64,000 nt of DNA from a virus. How positions within the stretch are numbered: position 1 is the first letter of the stretch; every line of letters starts with the position of its first letter. The translations under genes and the position numbers were made by a program. The stretch is from IMG/VR virus record IMGVR_UViG_3300046003_007336, positions 96,001-160,000 of that record. One strand, written 5' to 3'. The notes below the pieces were generated by a model. That model saw only the letters and a program-made list of their open reading frames with translations. It did no database searches and was not told where the DNA came from. Below, piece after piece: positions 46,393-56,131 of this stretch.

Positions 46393-48189
46393 TTAGCCGA
46401 GCGGACCAGCGGGAGCCCCACCAGGAGGCGGAGCACCCGGTGCGCCACCATCGGCTGGCGGTGCACCCTCCATCTCGCCACCTTCCATATCCGGCTCGTC
46501 CATCGGCATGTCGTCCATACCCATGTCGCCCATCGGACGGATACCAACCGAAGACAGGTCCGCATCGTTCTCGCTTTCGGCCGGGCTGGAACCCGTCGCG
46601 CGCTTGAGCTTGGCGGCGTTTTCCTGTTTCCACAGCGTCTCGTTTTCGAGGATTTCTTCTTCCGTGAGGTTGAGGAACCGCTTGAGCTTGAAACGCTCAG
46701 AGAGAATCTTGATGCCAGCGACTTGGCTATAGACGGCGGCTTGCGCCTGATCGACTTCGATCTGACGATACTTGGTGAAGTTCTGCGGCGGGTTGAAGCG
46801 AATCTCGTAGAGGTTCGAATCGATCACCATCTCACCTGACTCTGCCAGGAACTTTTTGAACTCGAAATCGAAGACGGGGGCCAGCAGGGTCTGGAGACGC
46901 ATGCAGTATTTGTTGAAGCGGTATTCCTGAATCATCGCGGCGCCGAGCTTGCCGTCGTTGTAGGCACCCTGGCCGCTCTCGTCGTCGCCGAGCGGGAGGT
47001 ATGATTGCGGGATGCGGAGACCACGGGCCAGCTTCTTGGTGAACGCGGTCATGTCGCCGATCTCACCGAGGTTGTCTCCGCCCGGCAGGGTTTCGACCTT
47101 GGAGCCCCGGCCTTCAGCGGACTGTGCGAAGTAGAAATCCTCGTTGATCGACAGGGGATTGTAGGCCGCGTCGATCATGGAGTTGCCGCCGCCGCTGTGG
47201 TTGGGGATACGACGCTGGTGGATTTCGTTCTTCACCTGCTCGATGTGAGCACGAGCCTTGACGGGTGGCATGTTGCCGACGTCGATGTAGAAGACGCGGC
47301 GTTCTGGCGCGCGCTGGACGCGATAGATGATGACCGAGTCCTCAAGGAGTTCCTTCTGCTTGAAGGTCTTGAAAACCGGCTCCAGAACCGACTGACCGAA
47401 CGGCCAGTTGATGTCCATGCCGACGCTGAGGCTGAGGTGAACGACGTGATCTGCGTCGATGGCGAACAGTTCGTTCGACGGGTTGTTGTTCTGGCGCATC
47501 TGGCGCGGGTCACGCCCAGCACCAGCCATACCGAACGCACCGGAACCACCGCCCGACGACGGGCGAGCCGTGGTGATCGCGGCGCCGCCGTTGGCAGAGC
47601 GATACTGGCTCATGTCGGCCTTGGAGGCAGCGAACTTCGCTCCGTTGTTGTAGTCGAAACCACGGATGAAATACTCAATGGGCTTCTTGCCGTCTTCTTC
47701 ATCGACGCGGACCATCTCGACCGAGTAGTGATCGAGCCAGAGCCATTCAAAGGTCTCTGGGTCACGAAGGAAGAACGCATCGCCGTTCTTGATGCAGTTG
47801 CGGAACGTATACCAGAGACGTTTGCGGAACTCGTTCGTCTTGACCCACTTCGCCATGTTGGATTTGAGGATTTTGATCTCAGTCTCGGTGGCGGAATCGT
47901 CCAGATAGTGGATTTCGAACGGCTCGTCGTTCTGCTCCTCAGACTGGGTGCAGAAATCAGCGATAGTGTCGAGAGCCGCGTTGATGTCGGAGTCGCGGTC
48001 CATGTCGTCATACTGGTAATAACGCTGGATGCGGTTCGGGTGACCAGCGTAGACTTCCGGGAGGTAGCTCGAATAGTTTGAGCTTGTACCAGTGGGCTCC
48101 GACATCCTGTCGTAGAAACCCATCGCCTGGGACGCGCCGTTGTTATCTTGTGTCGGTTGAGCTACCGAGAAATACTTACGCCAACTCAT
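46393..48189 (-). CDS. gp20: Portal vertex protein (T4 gp20-like)
   Basis: LLEDSVIIYRVQRAPERRVFYIDVGNMP, EDFYF...GSKVETLPGG, LARGLRIP; start 48189 or 48201; TAAATA at 48245-48250. Confidence 0.95.
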   Translation of the reverse strand: MSWRKYFSVAQPTQDNNGASQAMGFYDRMSEPTGTSSNYSSYLPEVYAGHPNRIQRYYQYDDMDRDSDINAALDTIADFCTQSEEQNDEPFEIHYLDDSATETEIKILKSNMAKWVKTNEFRKRLWYTFRNCIKNGDAFFLRDPETFEWLWLDHYSVEMVRVDEEDGKKPIEYFIRGFDYNNGAKFAASKADMSQYRSANGGAAITTARPSSGGGSGAFGMAGAGRDPRQMRQNNNPSNELFAIDADHVVHLSLSVGMDINWPFGQSVLEPVFKTFKQKELLEDSVIIYRVQRAPERRVFYIDVGNMPPVKARAHIEQVKNEIHQRRIPNHSGGGNSMIDAAYNPLSINEDFYFAQSAEGRGSKVETLPGGDNLGEIGDMTAFTKKLARGLRIPQSYLPLGDDESGQGAYNDGKLGAAMIQEYRFNKYCMRLQTLLAPVFDFEFKKFLAESGEMVIDSNLYEIRFNPPQNFTKYRQIEVDQAQAAVYSQVAGIKILSERFKLKRFLNLTEEEILENETLWKQENAAKLKRATGSSPAESENDADLSSVGIRPMGDMGMDDMPMDEPDMEGGEMEGAPPADGGAPGAPPPGGAPAGPLG

Positions 48190-48263
48190 ATGTCGTCTCA
48201 CTTTTAAGTCAAGGGGCAGTATAGCAGAGCCCGCATTGTGAGACTATTTAGTATAGACAGAAC

Positions 48264-51101
48264 TTAGGAATCTTTGATCTGGGTTAGGAGGACGTTTGTT
48301 CTCCGGGCAGCAGCCCGCTGTTCTTGCTGAATACCAAGCATGGCCTCGAACATTCCCTTCATATCCTTCTGGGTTTTGTTCAGTTGCTCGAACAATCCGG
48401 TGTTGGCGCGGTTGGCGTTTGTCTGTGCAGCCAGGGTTTCGTTGATGGTTCCCAGGCGGCCTTCGGTAGCCCTCGCAGCGTCTGGCGCGGTGGCGGGGCG
48501 GGCTCTGCCGAAGTTTCGGGCCAGCATGCCACCCAAGGCTGCTGGCATAGTCATGGGATTCAAGAGGGGGGCGGCGCGGGCCAATGGCCGTGCAGCATTA
48601 CCCGCCATGCGACCGAGGCCACCAACGAACCTGTCCGTGCGGTCGCGGCCAATCAGATCACGGCCCAGGATGGCCCCATCCATGAGGAGAGAGCCGATGG
48701 TTCCGATAACCGGAACGGTTCCCATAGCCGACGAGAGGCCTTCCATTCCGGCGCCGACACCGTCGCCCTCGGCGAGACGCATAGCAGCCAGACCGGCACC
48801 AACGCCGAGACCGACGCCGGGGATTTTCTTACCCAGGATGCCGCCAACGCGTCCTGCAACACGAGCACCGATGCGAGCCGCACCGCGCATACCAGCACGA
48901 CCACCCACACGACGAGCAACGCCACCGGCAACCCGCGCGACGCGAGACCCAGCAGATGCATGGGTTGCGACAGATGCGGCCGGGCGGGAGGCTCCACGAA
49001 CGCCGCCTGCGACGCTGCCAGCAACGTCAGTAGCCGCTCCGGCGATATCACCCATGAACATGCTTCCCATCAGGGCGGCACCGCCAACGGCTCCCGCGAG
49101 ACGACCGCGACCACCACCCATGAGGCGACCGGCCACACCGGCTGCACCGCGTCCACGACCCATGTGGCGGCCACCATCGGAAACGTCACGCACACGGCTG
49201 CCGAAGCTGCCACGGGCCGCTCCACCACCACCACGACCACCGCCACCACCGCCTCGTCCACCACGTCCACGACGGCCCCGGCCACGACCGAAGCCGCCGC
49301 CCATGCCACCATTGACGATCACGTTTGCGGCGTTGATGTTGACGTTGCTTCCCATCATGTGACGGAAAATGCCACCGATGACCTTCGGGCCCAGCCAGAG
49401 CAAAAGACCGGCACCGACGAGGGCGATCTTTTTGGCCGTGTCACCGAAGGTGTTGCCGATGAAATCCAGACCAGACGTGAAGGCATTGACGACGTGCCCG
49501 ATAGGGGCCGCGATCATGGTCAAGTAGCTGATAAGGGTCAGGATGCCCTTACCGAAATCTGCCGCGATATCGATGCCCGTCTGGAGAGTTTTGGCGAACC
49601 GCTCAACGTCTTCGGGTTTGAGATTGGCGAAGTAGTTGCCGATCTTTTCACCGAGCATCTTCGCAGCCATTTCGAAGTTCTTGAACGACTCGGAATCGAA
49701 CATGTAGGCCATGTTCTCATCGAGCTTCTCAAGGCTGCCGAACAGTCCCTCCAGAACGCTTCCGGCGAGCCGCTTGAAGATGTTACCAAGGGCCAGAAGA
49801 CCGTTGGTCAGGCCCTTGTTGGCCTCCTGCTGCTGAGCCAGTTGACGGAACTCGGCCGCCGACATGTCCTTCATCGCAGCATCCATGTTGATGATCTGCT
49901 CAGCGTGAGTGTTTCCGGCCAGAACTTGTAGGCGGAGAGATTCGCGGTTCGCGTCAACTTCGCGCTTGAATTTCTGCATGAAGGCGAACGAGAGGTCTTG
50001 GCCCTCAGTCGCCGACGACGCGTTGTCCATCGCGGAAATCCAGTCCTGCTGGGCCGAGATCATCTGTGGGAGGCCGCCCTGCGCGAACATCTCGGTGCCC
50101 TGGTTGAACAGGGCCGACTGATGACCGAGAGCGTTGGACATGAAGTTGGCCAGCAACTGGCCGGACTCGCCGGGGATAGCTGCCATGGCCGAGACGGCGC
50201 CGTTGGCGGCAGCCGAGAAGTTTTCCATGGAAGCCTCGGTCATTCCGCCCATGCGGGCCGTAATGGCGGCTTGAGACATGGCCTCCATGGTGGCCTTGAG
50301 GATTTCCTCACGGCCCTTACCGAATGCCTTGGAGAGATCACCCACGCCTTTGGCGAGCGCGATTGAGTTGGCCTGAGAGCGCGTCGAGTTGGCGGCTTCC
50401 ATGTTGCCGAAGTGACGCTGCTGTTCGAGGTATGACATCGTCACCTCGTTGAGGCCCTCAATGGTGTAGCCGTACATGCCGAATTTCTCGGTTGACTGGC
50501 GAACACCCTTGGCGAGTCGCATAACGTCCTTCTGTCCGAAGGCCGCGATGGTCTTGCCATTTTTCTTGATCAGGTCGGCGAAATCAGACAGCGGGAGACC
50601 AGCGGCAGCGGCAGACCGCGCCATGGTGAACAGGCTTCCGTTGAAGGTCTGACCGACCTCGGCTGTATCCCGGTAGGTGCGGATGAGGTTTGTCGCGCCG
50701 CCGATCATGCCGCCGATGACGCCACCCATGCCGAAGTATCCAGCGAACTTGGACAGTGACCGACCGGCCTCGTCTGAGTTCTGACCCAGGACGCCAACGC
50801 CCTTGGCTGCGCCCGACAGGGAACGACGCATGATGCCCCGTTCGTTCTCATCGAGCTTGTGGGATTTGCGGCTCTGGCCTTCGCGACGCTTCAGATCACC
50901 GTCGAGCTTCACCCTGGCCTTGGCACGATTGTCTTCTTCGCGATCACGGGCGCGGTCCTTTGCGCTCGTGCCAGAACCGGAAGACTTGGAGTTGCGATTC
51001 TTCTGATCGGCGAGCGAGCGCGTGACCCTATCGAGAGAACCAGTGTTCTTCCGAAGTTCATTCATGAACTGCTCAAACTGTTCGGAAGAAATATCGCTCA
51101 T
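48264..51101 (-). CDS. Tape-measure-like tail protein (945 aa) with an RGG-rich segment
   Basis: Ala/Gly-rich helical composition, hydrophobic stretch; divergent from the gp26-like gene; TAAATA at 51130-51135. Confidence 0.7.
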   Translation of the reverse strand: MSDISSEQFEQFMNELRKNTGSLDRVTRSLADQKNRNSKSSGSGTSAKDRARDREEDNRAKARVKLDGDLKRREGQSRKSHKLDENERGIMRRSLSGAAKGVGVLGQNSDEAGRSLSKFAGYFGMGGVIGGMIGGATNLIRTYRDTAEVGQTFNGSLFTMARSAAAAGLPLSDFADLIKKNGKTIAAFGQKDVMRLAKGVRQSTEKFGMYGYTIEGLNEVTMSYLEQQRHFGNMEAANSTRSQANSIALAKGVGDLSKAFGKGREEILKATMEAMSQAAITARMGGMTEASMENFSAAANGAVSAMAAIPGESGQLLANFMSNALGHQSALFNQGTEMFAQGGLPQMISAQQDWISAMDNASSATEGQDLSFAFMQKFKREVDANRESLRLQVLAGNTHAEQIINMDAAMKDMSAAEFRQLAQQQEANKGLTNGLLALGNIFKRLAGSVLEGLFGSLEKLDENMAYMFDSESFKNFEMAAKMLGEKIGNYFANLKPEDVERFAKTLQTGIDIAADFGKGILTLISYLTMIAAPIGHVVNAFTSGLDFIGNTFGDTAKKIALVGAGLLLWLGPKVIGGIFRHMMGSNVNINAANVIVNGGMGGGFGRGRGRRGRGGRGGGGGGRGGGGAARGSFGSRVRDVSDGGRHMGRGRGAAGVAGRLMGGGRGRLAGAVGGAALMGSMFMGDIAGAATDVAGSVAGGVRGASRPAASVATHASAGSRVARVAGGVARRVGGRAGMRGAARIGARVAGRVGGILGKKIPGVGLGVGAGLAAMRLAEGDGVGAGMEGLSSAMGTVPVIGTIGSLLMDGAILGRDLIGRDRTDRFVGGLGRMAGNAARPLARAAPLLNPMTMPAALGGMLARNFGRARPATAPDAARATEGRLGTINETLAAQTNANRANTGLFEQLNKTQKDMKGMFEAMLGIQQEQRAAARRTNVLLTQIKDS

Positions 51102-51201
51102 AATGCCCGCATCTGCTAGTATTCATTGATATTTATGTGTTCGATTATGTGGGCAGTTTATGCGTCCATAAATACGGACATAAGTCATTCCAAAGGAACT
51201 C

Positions 51202-52077
51202 ATGACCAACATTGTTGACGGCCCCGAGACCGAAGTTGCGATCAACCCACTCACCAAGTATTTCCGCGTTCCGGGTCTCGACGTGACTCTGCCGACTCAG
51301 GGTATGTTCTTCCCCGCTGGCACGGCGTCTCTCCAGGAAGGCGGCACCGCCTCCATTCTGCCGATGCGGGCAGCGGACGAACTCCTACTCAAGCATCCCG
51401 ACATGCTGCTGAGCGGCAAGGCCATTGAGGAACTCATCCGTAGCTGCGTTCCGGCCATTCACGACCCCATGCTGGTAAGCACGCCGGACCTCGATGTCCT
51501 CCTGCTCGCTATTCGTGCAGCGACCTACGGGGACGAGATGGAGGTGCAGGCCGACTGCCCGAACTGTGGCGCCGAGAACCTCTTCGGAGCCAACCTGCCG
51601 ATGATCTTGCAGAACGCCAAGGTGATCACGGAGGAGGACATCCAGGTTCGCCTGTCAGACGATCTGGTCGTCTATGTCCGGCCCTACAACTTCAAAGACG
51701 CCACCCGGCTGTCGATCATGACCTTCAACGAGACCCGCAAGGTTCAGAATATCGAGAACACCGACGAGGAGCCCGACGCCAAGGTCAAGCAGATGAACAC
51801 CAGCATGGAATCGCTGACCAAGCTGTCGGTGGAAATCATGTCCGACTGCGTGGTGAAAATCATGACCCCGGATGGCGAGGTCACCGACCGCAACCATATT
51901 CGTGGCTTCGTGGTCAACACGACCAGGAACTGGACGTCTAAAATCGACGAAAAGCTTCAGGAACTCAACGAGAAGGGCATCGACAAGTCTGTCAAGGCAA
52001 CGTGCTCGTCTTGTAAGCACGAATGGGACACCAGCATCGAGTTTGACCCGGCAAGTTTTTTCGATTCCGGCTCCTGA
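51202..52077 (+). CDS. gp26: Baseplate hub / tail assembly chaperone (T4 gp26-like)
   Basis: VTLPTQG.FFP, MRAADELLL, LLLAIRAATYG, CPNCG, CSSC..E...FDPASFF; TAAATA at 51169-51174. Confidence 0.8.
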   Translation: MTNIVDGPETEVAINPLTKYFRVPGLDVTLPTQGMFFPAGTASLQEGGTASILPMRAADELLLKHPDMLLSGKAIEELIRSCVPAIHDPMLVSTPDLDVLLLAIRAATYGDEMEVQADCPNCGAENLFGANLPMILQNAKVITEEDIQVRLSDDLVVYVRPYNFKDATRLSIMTFNETRKVQNIENTDEEPDAKVKQMNTSMESLTKLSVEIMSDCVVKIMTPDGEVTDRNHIRGFVVNTTRNWTSKIDEKLQELNEKGIDKSVKATCSSCKHEWDTSIEFDPASFFDSGS

Positions 52078-52295
52078 GGGCCACGACCTACGAAGGGGTA
52101 CAGGCTCTGATCAACCAGTACCGGTATGAGCAGAGAGAACTCAGGCAGCACATCATTTCCATCCTGTGGCACATGCGGGGTGGGATTTCCCGCGAAGAAG
52201 CGTGGAGCCTTGCCCCGGTTGAGCGCGCTGATATAATGAAGTTCATCGAAGAACGAATGAAGATCGTCGAGAAAACAAAGCTACCCATGATATGA
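52056..52295 (+). CDS. gp51: -1 frameshift extension of the gp26-like chaperone (gp51-like C-terminus)
   Basis: Slippery T TTT TTC at 52056-52062; -1 frame open to 52295 with no early ATG; WHMRGGISREEAWSL...ER..I..FIEE resembles T4 gp51 C-terminus. Confidence 0.65.
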   Translation, partial: FFRFRLLRATTYEGVQALINQYRYEQRELRQHIISILWHMRGGISREEAWSLAPVERADIMKFIEERMKIVEKTKLPMI

Positions 52296-52774
52296 CGAAA
52301 CGTATATCCGACAGCGAAATCTACGTCTCAGTCCCAGTTCCGAAGTCGATGGTTTCGGAGATGGGGGACCTCATGGCCGAGTTCTATCCAGGCCTACGCA
52401 TCAACGAAGTCAGCACCACTATGCTGGCTTTGCTCTTGCTCTCAAGGGGAGACAACGTTGAGTGGATGCGTGGCATGGTGGATGAAATCAACCTGCCAAA
52501 CTACGAAATCGCCGCCCGAGAACATCCCGTGGAAGTAGAGGGCAACACGACCGCCAATCTGGGTAAAATTCTATGGTGCGCTCAGAACGCATCTGCGGGA
52601 TGGAGCTATCGGTTCGTTAGAAAACGTCGGAGGAATGCCGAACTCGTCACGGTCGGCCATGTTGAGTTCAGCTTCACCGAGCCCCTCGACGTATCGAAGT
52701 TTTTCTTCAGCTTCACGGACGCAAAGCCTATCGACTCTTCTGAATCTCTTCGATGTGGATACCAGCAAGGTTGA
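52292..52774 (+). CDS. Hypothetical protein, F-x4-D motif family
   Basis: ATGA overlap with the extension; FTEPLDVSKFFFSF. Confidence 0.7.
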   Translation: MTKRISDSEIYVSVPVPKSMVSEMGDLMAEFYPGLRINEVSTTMLALLLLSRGDNVEWMRGMVDEINLPNYEIAAREHPVEVEGNTTANLGKILWCAQNASAGWSYRFVRKRRRNAELVTVGHVEFSFTEPLDVSKFFFSFTDAKPIDSSESLRCGYQQG

Positions 52775-53117
52775 GATGACGCCGGACGTGCGTGCATCGC
52801 CATCCTGGCTTATTGTTGGCCAACGTCCGATATAGCTCAAGGACCGACTGCAAGCTGGCGTCCTTGCATCGCCACGTTCCGTTAGCCTGATTGACCACCA
52901 GATTGGAATCGCCGAGGAACTCGACGTCCGGGTAGCCGCACTCATCGGCGAGTGTGGCAGCCATCAGAAGGGCCAGCCACTCCGCCTTGTTGTTCGTGCC
53001 GTGGTCGAGGCGATAGTGAACCACTTTCTTGGCGATGCCGGGTTGGTCTGGCACGAACACGCATGCCTCCATGGAGCCGGGGTTGGGCTGGCAGCCGCCG
53101 TCGAAGTAGATTTTCAT
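52728..53117 (-). CDS. rnhA: Ribonuclease HI-like protein
   Basis: IYFDGGCQPNPG, TNNKAEW.AL, GDSNLVVNQ, HVRRHLN. Confidence 0.88.
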   Translation of the reverse strand: MKIYFDGGCQPNPGSMEACVFVPDQPGIAKKVVHYRLDHGTNNKAEWLALLMAATLADECGYPDVEFLGDSNLVVNQANGTWRCKDASLQSVLELYRTLANNKPGWRCTHVRRHLNLAGIHIEEIQKSR

Positions 53118-53353
53118 CAGAAGTTTTGGAGTTCCTGACCGCGCTTGGTCTTGATAAAATACTGATGACACTTCGCAGTGGTGTGCATCTTGGTGACGGA
53201 GACGCCGGGCCTCACCTCGGTGGTGACCAGATACCGGTCTCCTACAATGCAGCCGTTGGCGAAATAGTCAACCGCCGACAGGCTGGCCACGCATATCGCG
53301 ACCACGAATCCGACTGCCACCAATGTGGCAATCCGGTCGTCTTTGTTCTTCAT
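53117..53353 (-). CDS. Small membrane-anchored or exported protein
   Basis: Hydrophobic N-terminal segment; TGATG overlap. Confidence 0.65.
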   Translation of the reverse strand: MKNKDDRIATLVAVGFVVAICVASLSAVDYFANGCIVGDRYLVTTEVRPGVSVTKMHTTAKCHQYFIKTKRGQELQNF

Positions 53354-53607
53354 GGCCGGGCCATTTTTCTGACCGCCCGAGCCTGCGCTTTCGCGGCCTC
53401 GCGCATGTAATCCCGAGCCAGCTTCGGGGCCTTTTCCTTCACATATGTGGATGGCGTGTGGCGGCCGGGGTCATCCTTGAGGAGACGCTTCTTGTAGAAA
53501 CCACCGCGACCATACTTGACCGCCTGCTGGACGTCCGCAGGAGCAACCCCACGAACGCCAGCTTCGATTTTCTTGACCTCGCCACCACGAGCCAGGAACT
53601 CCGCCAT
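53350..53607 (-). CDS. Small basic hypothetical protein
   Basis: MAEFLARGGEVKKI; ATGA overlap. Confidence 0.7.
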   Translation of the reverse strand: MAEFLARGGEVKKIEAGVRGVAPADVQQAVKYGRGGFYKKRLLKDDPGRHTPSTYVKEKAPKLARDYMREAAKAQARAVRKMARP

Positions 53608-53615
53608 GTAGTCGG

Positions 53616-54401
53616 TCAACGGCGCGCACCCCGGATGTTGTTGACGCCCGTGGCGTCCCGGTTTCGAGCACCCCGCAATCCCGGAGGCGCACGGTCGCCC
53701 TGCCGGAGCGGCGGGTCGGTCAGGCGCAACAGGTAGTCGGCTTTTTCCTGATAGCGGAACTCGACGCCCCATTTGTTCCGGTCATTGCTTTCGCCCTCGC
53801 GAATGATGCAGACATTCCACTTCGCGTCAGTGGGCAGAACCCCATGCAGCTTGATCGGCACGGCGTTGTAGGCCGAGCGCACCGCCTTGCCGTCATCGAC
53901 CACGACTGCTCGGTTGACGAGTTGGACGTGACGCTTCACCCGCCCATCGTGGGGCTGAATGAGGGTGATGGGCCCAGAGGTCTTTTTCATCATGTCCTCG
54001 GCTTGCGAGCGATGCGTCCGAACCATCTCGACCACGAGGGCACGACGGGTCGCCGGATGCAGGGAGACGGTGTTACCGACTGCGCCCAGCAGCAGCTTCG
54101 TGCGCTCGTCGAGGCTCGACCGTCCGTTCTCATCAAAGAGATAGGCGCGATAGGGCTCCAGGGTCTTCGGAAGGTTGTCCGAGGTCAGCGACGAGATCGA
54201 GACGCCCAGCGCGGCCATTTCACCCAGAAGGGCTTCATTGATGGTGGCGAAGATTTCCGGCGACGTGCGGAGCCACGGGGCGAACCCGGCCAGAACACCG
54301 TTGTAGTAAGAAATCTCGTTGCGGATGAAAGAGCGCAGCCGGGGCTTGTCGTCCGGGGCAACCTCTGCTTCAAAAGTCCATCGTGATGGCATATGCGCCA
54401 T
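53616..54401 (-). CDS. Hypothetical protein, possibly TnpB-like WED/REC-only
   Basis: GGAG SD; pattern similarity only (see findings). Confidence 0.8.
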   Translation of the reverse strand: MAHMPSRWTFEAEVAPDDKPRLRSFIRNEISYYNGVLAGFAPWLRTSPEIFATINEALLGEMAALGVSISSLTSDNLPKTLEPYRAYLFDENGRSSLDERTKLLLGAVGNTVSLHPATRRALVVEMVRTHRSQAEDMMKKTSGPITLIQPHDGRVKRHVQLVNRAVVVDDGKAVRSAYNAVPIKLHGVLPTDAKWNVCIIREGESNDRNKWGVEFRYQEKADYLLRLTDPPLRQGDRAPPGLRGARNRDATGVNNIRGARR

Positions 54402-54459
54402 AGTGTTTCTCCAAATATGAGAGCATCATATCCAGCGAGACCTCCGAAAAGCAAAATGT

Positions 54460-54864
54460 TTAGGGGTTGGGCTTCAGGGTGTTGGCCTGAATGCGGGCCG
54501 ATATCCATTTGTTGAACGACAGGGGGTCCAATAGGGCATGTGAGACCATGATCTCGTAGGTTTCCCAGTAGGACATCTCGGATTTGGAAGCACAAATCCG
54601 CAGAACCGTTCGGGTGAAATCGTCGGGGTTCAGGGTGACCAGGGCTTTGAGTTCATCCGAGGAGCCGTAGTATTTGGGCCAGTCGGATGCCTTCTGGGAA
54701 ATCCGGCGCCGTTTCTTGCCCTTTAGGGGTGGCTTGGCCACGCGGTTCCAGAAAATCTTCTTGCCGATATAATACATCCCGGTAGAGATTTGCTCAATGC
54801 GATAGATGAAACCAACCGCATCTTCAGGGGCCTGCGTAAACTCTTGGCCATCATACATCCACAT
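54460..54864 (-). CDS. GIY-YIG-family nuclease, late
   Basis: GFIYRI...YYIGKK...YYGSS...E; TAAATA (54870-54875) 5 nt before ATG. Confidence 0.85.
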   Translation of the reverse strand: MWMYDGQEFTQAPEDAVGFIYRIEQISTGMYYIGKKIFWNRVAKPPLKGKKRRRISQKASDWPKYYGSSDELKALVTLNPDDFTRTVLRICASKSEMSYWETYEIMVSHALLDPLSFNKWISARIQANTLKPNP

Positions 54865-54914
54865 ACCCCTATTTACAGTTTACAGCACCGGCCCTCGTGT
54901 TGTAGTGTGCTGGC

Positions 54915-55265
54915 ATGCGCTTGAAGAGAGGCGAGGTCGCCAAGAAGCGGCGTGTTCGCACCCGGAGGACAAAAAGAACGGCACCGAGCATCCGCTCGAT
55001 GATTCGTCCTGCCCGCTACGCTGGGTTCGATTTCATGGTGCAGTTGAAGCCGGTGTCTCGTTGGGACTTCGAGATCATCGACCGTAATCCCCTCTTGGAA
55101 ACCATCCGGGCGGCTGGCCTATCGCGCTTCAAGATCGTCAAGACCGATGGGTATGCGGATGCCTTCATTCGCATCTACGTGGCCAATATAGCTGCCGTCC
55201 TGGCTATCAAGATGATCGCGGGCGACGAAGTTTGGAAGATATTCCGTCTCGTCGATAAGAAGTAA
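54915..55265 (+). CDS. Hypothetical protein
   Basis: ORF fills the gap; basic N-terminus. Confidence 0.65.
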   Translation: MRLKRGEVAKKRRVRTRRTKRTAPSIRSMIRPARYAGFDFMVQLKPVSRWDFEIIDRNPLLETIRAAGLSRFKIVKTDGYADAFIRIYVANIAAVLAIKMIAGDEVWKIFRLVDKK

Positions 55266-55302
55266 TTTGGTTCCCGGATAGGGGTTCTAATATACTTCAT
55301 GT

Positions 55303-55818
55303 ATGAACGAAGATGACCCCAAGCTTGACGAGTTCCTCAGCCTTCTGAATACCGCCGTTTCTGTTGAAGAACTAGAAAAAATCGAAGAAGATGAAGAAGA
55401 AGAACTCGACACATCTCTGAGTTTTGTTACTTCATCCAATACCCTTTGGGTGAACGGCAACGTCGGTATTGGCGCAAGCGTGGGTCATTCCACGTTGAGC
55501 TTCACCGGAGGAGCTACATTTTCAAGCGGCAACGCGTTCTCGACTTCGCATGCCGAATATCTACGAGGCGAGGAAATCGAAGGTCAGTTCGTCGTCGAGG
55601 TTAAATCTGAACTTCCGGTGGTGATCAAGACCCAGAACGGAGAGATCAACCTCGACAAGCTGGCGGCAATGATGACTCGTATGGACGAGGTCTTCTGTGT
55701 GGTCGAGAAAATGAACGCCGACGACCCAAACTTTCCCGCACTCCAGACGGCATATCGGCACTTCCGGGTCGTCGAAGCTATCGCCCGCAGCACGCCTCCG
55801 CCCGAAGATGGCGAGTGA
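55303..55818 (+). CDS. Hypothetical acidic protein
   Basis: Contains a NGNVGIG motif; overlaps the next gene. Confidence 0.7.
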   Translation: MNEDDPKLDEFLSLLNTAVSVEELEKIEEDEEEELDTSLSFVTSSNTLWVNGNVGIGASVGHSTLSFTGGATFSSGNAFSTSHAEYLRGEEIEGQFVVEVKSELPVVIKTQNGEINLDKLAAMMTRMDEVFCVVEKMNADDPNFPALQTAYRHFRVVEAIARSTPPPEDGE

Positions 55819-56131
55819 GTGGTTCAACACCGCCTACATGGCGGTGAGATCGGGTCATCGACCCCTATATGACGTTGTGAGACGCCCGCAGTGGCATAAC
55901 CTGACAGTCGAGGGAGCACTGGCGGTCTTGCTGGACAAACGATTCAGCGTGCCCCTCAAATATCATATCGACGATGCCTATATGGCCTCGGAAGAATTCC
56001 TCAACCTTCTCGACGAGACCAACACCGACCTGGGGCCATGGGTGTCGTTTCGCCACAACGAATCCGTCTACATGGTTTTCTCAAGCGCGGCAGACGCGGC
56101 GGTGTTTCGCCTGATGTGGTCCGCCTACTAG
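55808..56131 (+). CDS. Hypothetical protein, F-x4-D motif family
   Basis: FSSAADAAVFRLMW. Confidence 0.75.
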   Translation: MASEWFNTAYMAVRSGHRPLYDVVRRPQWHNLTVEGALAVLLDKRFSVPLKYHIDDAYMASEEFLNLLDETNTDLGPWVSFRHNESVYMVFSSAADAAVFRLMWSAY

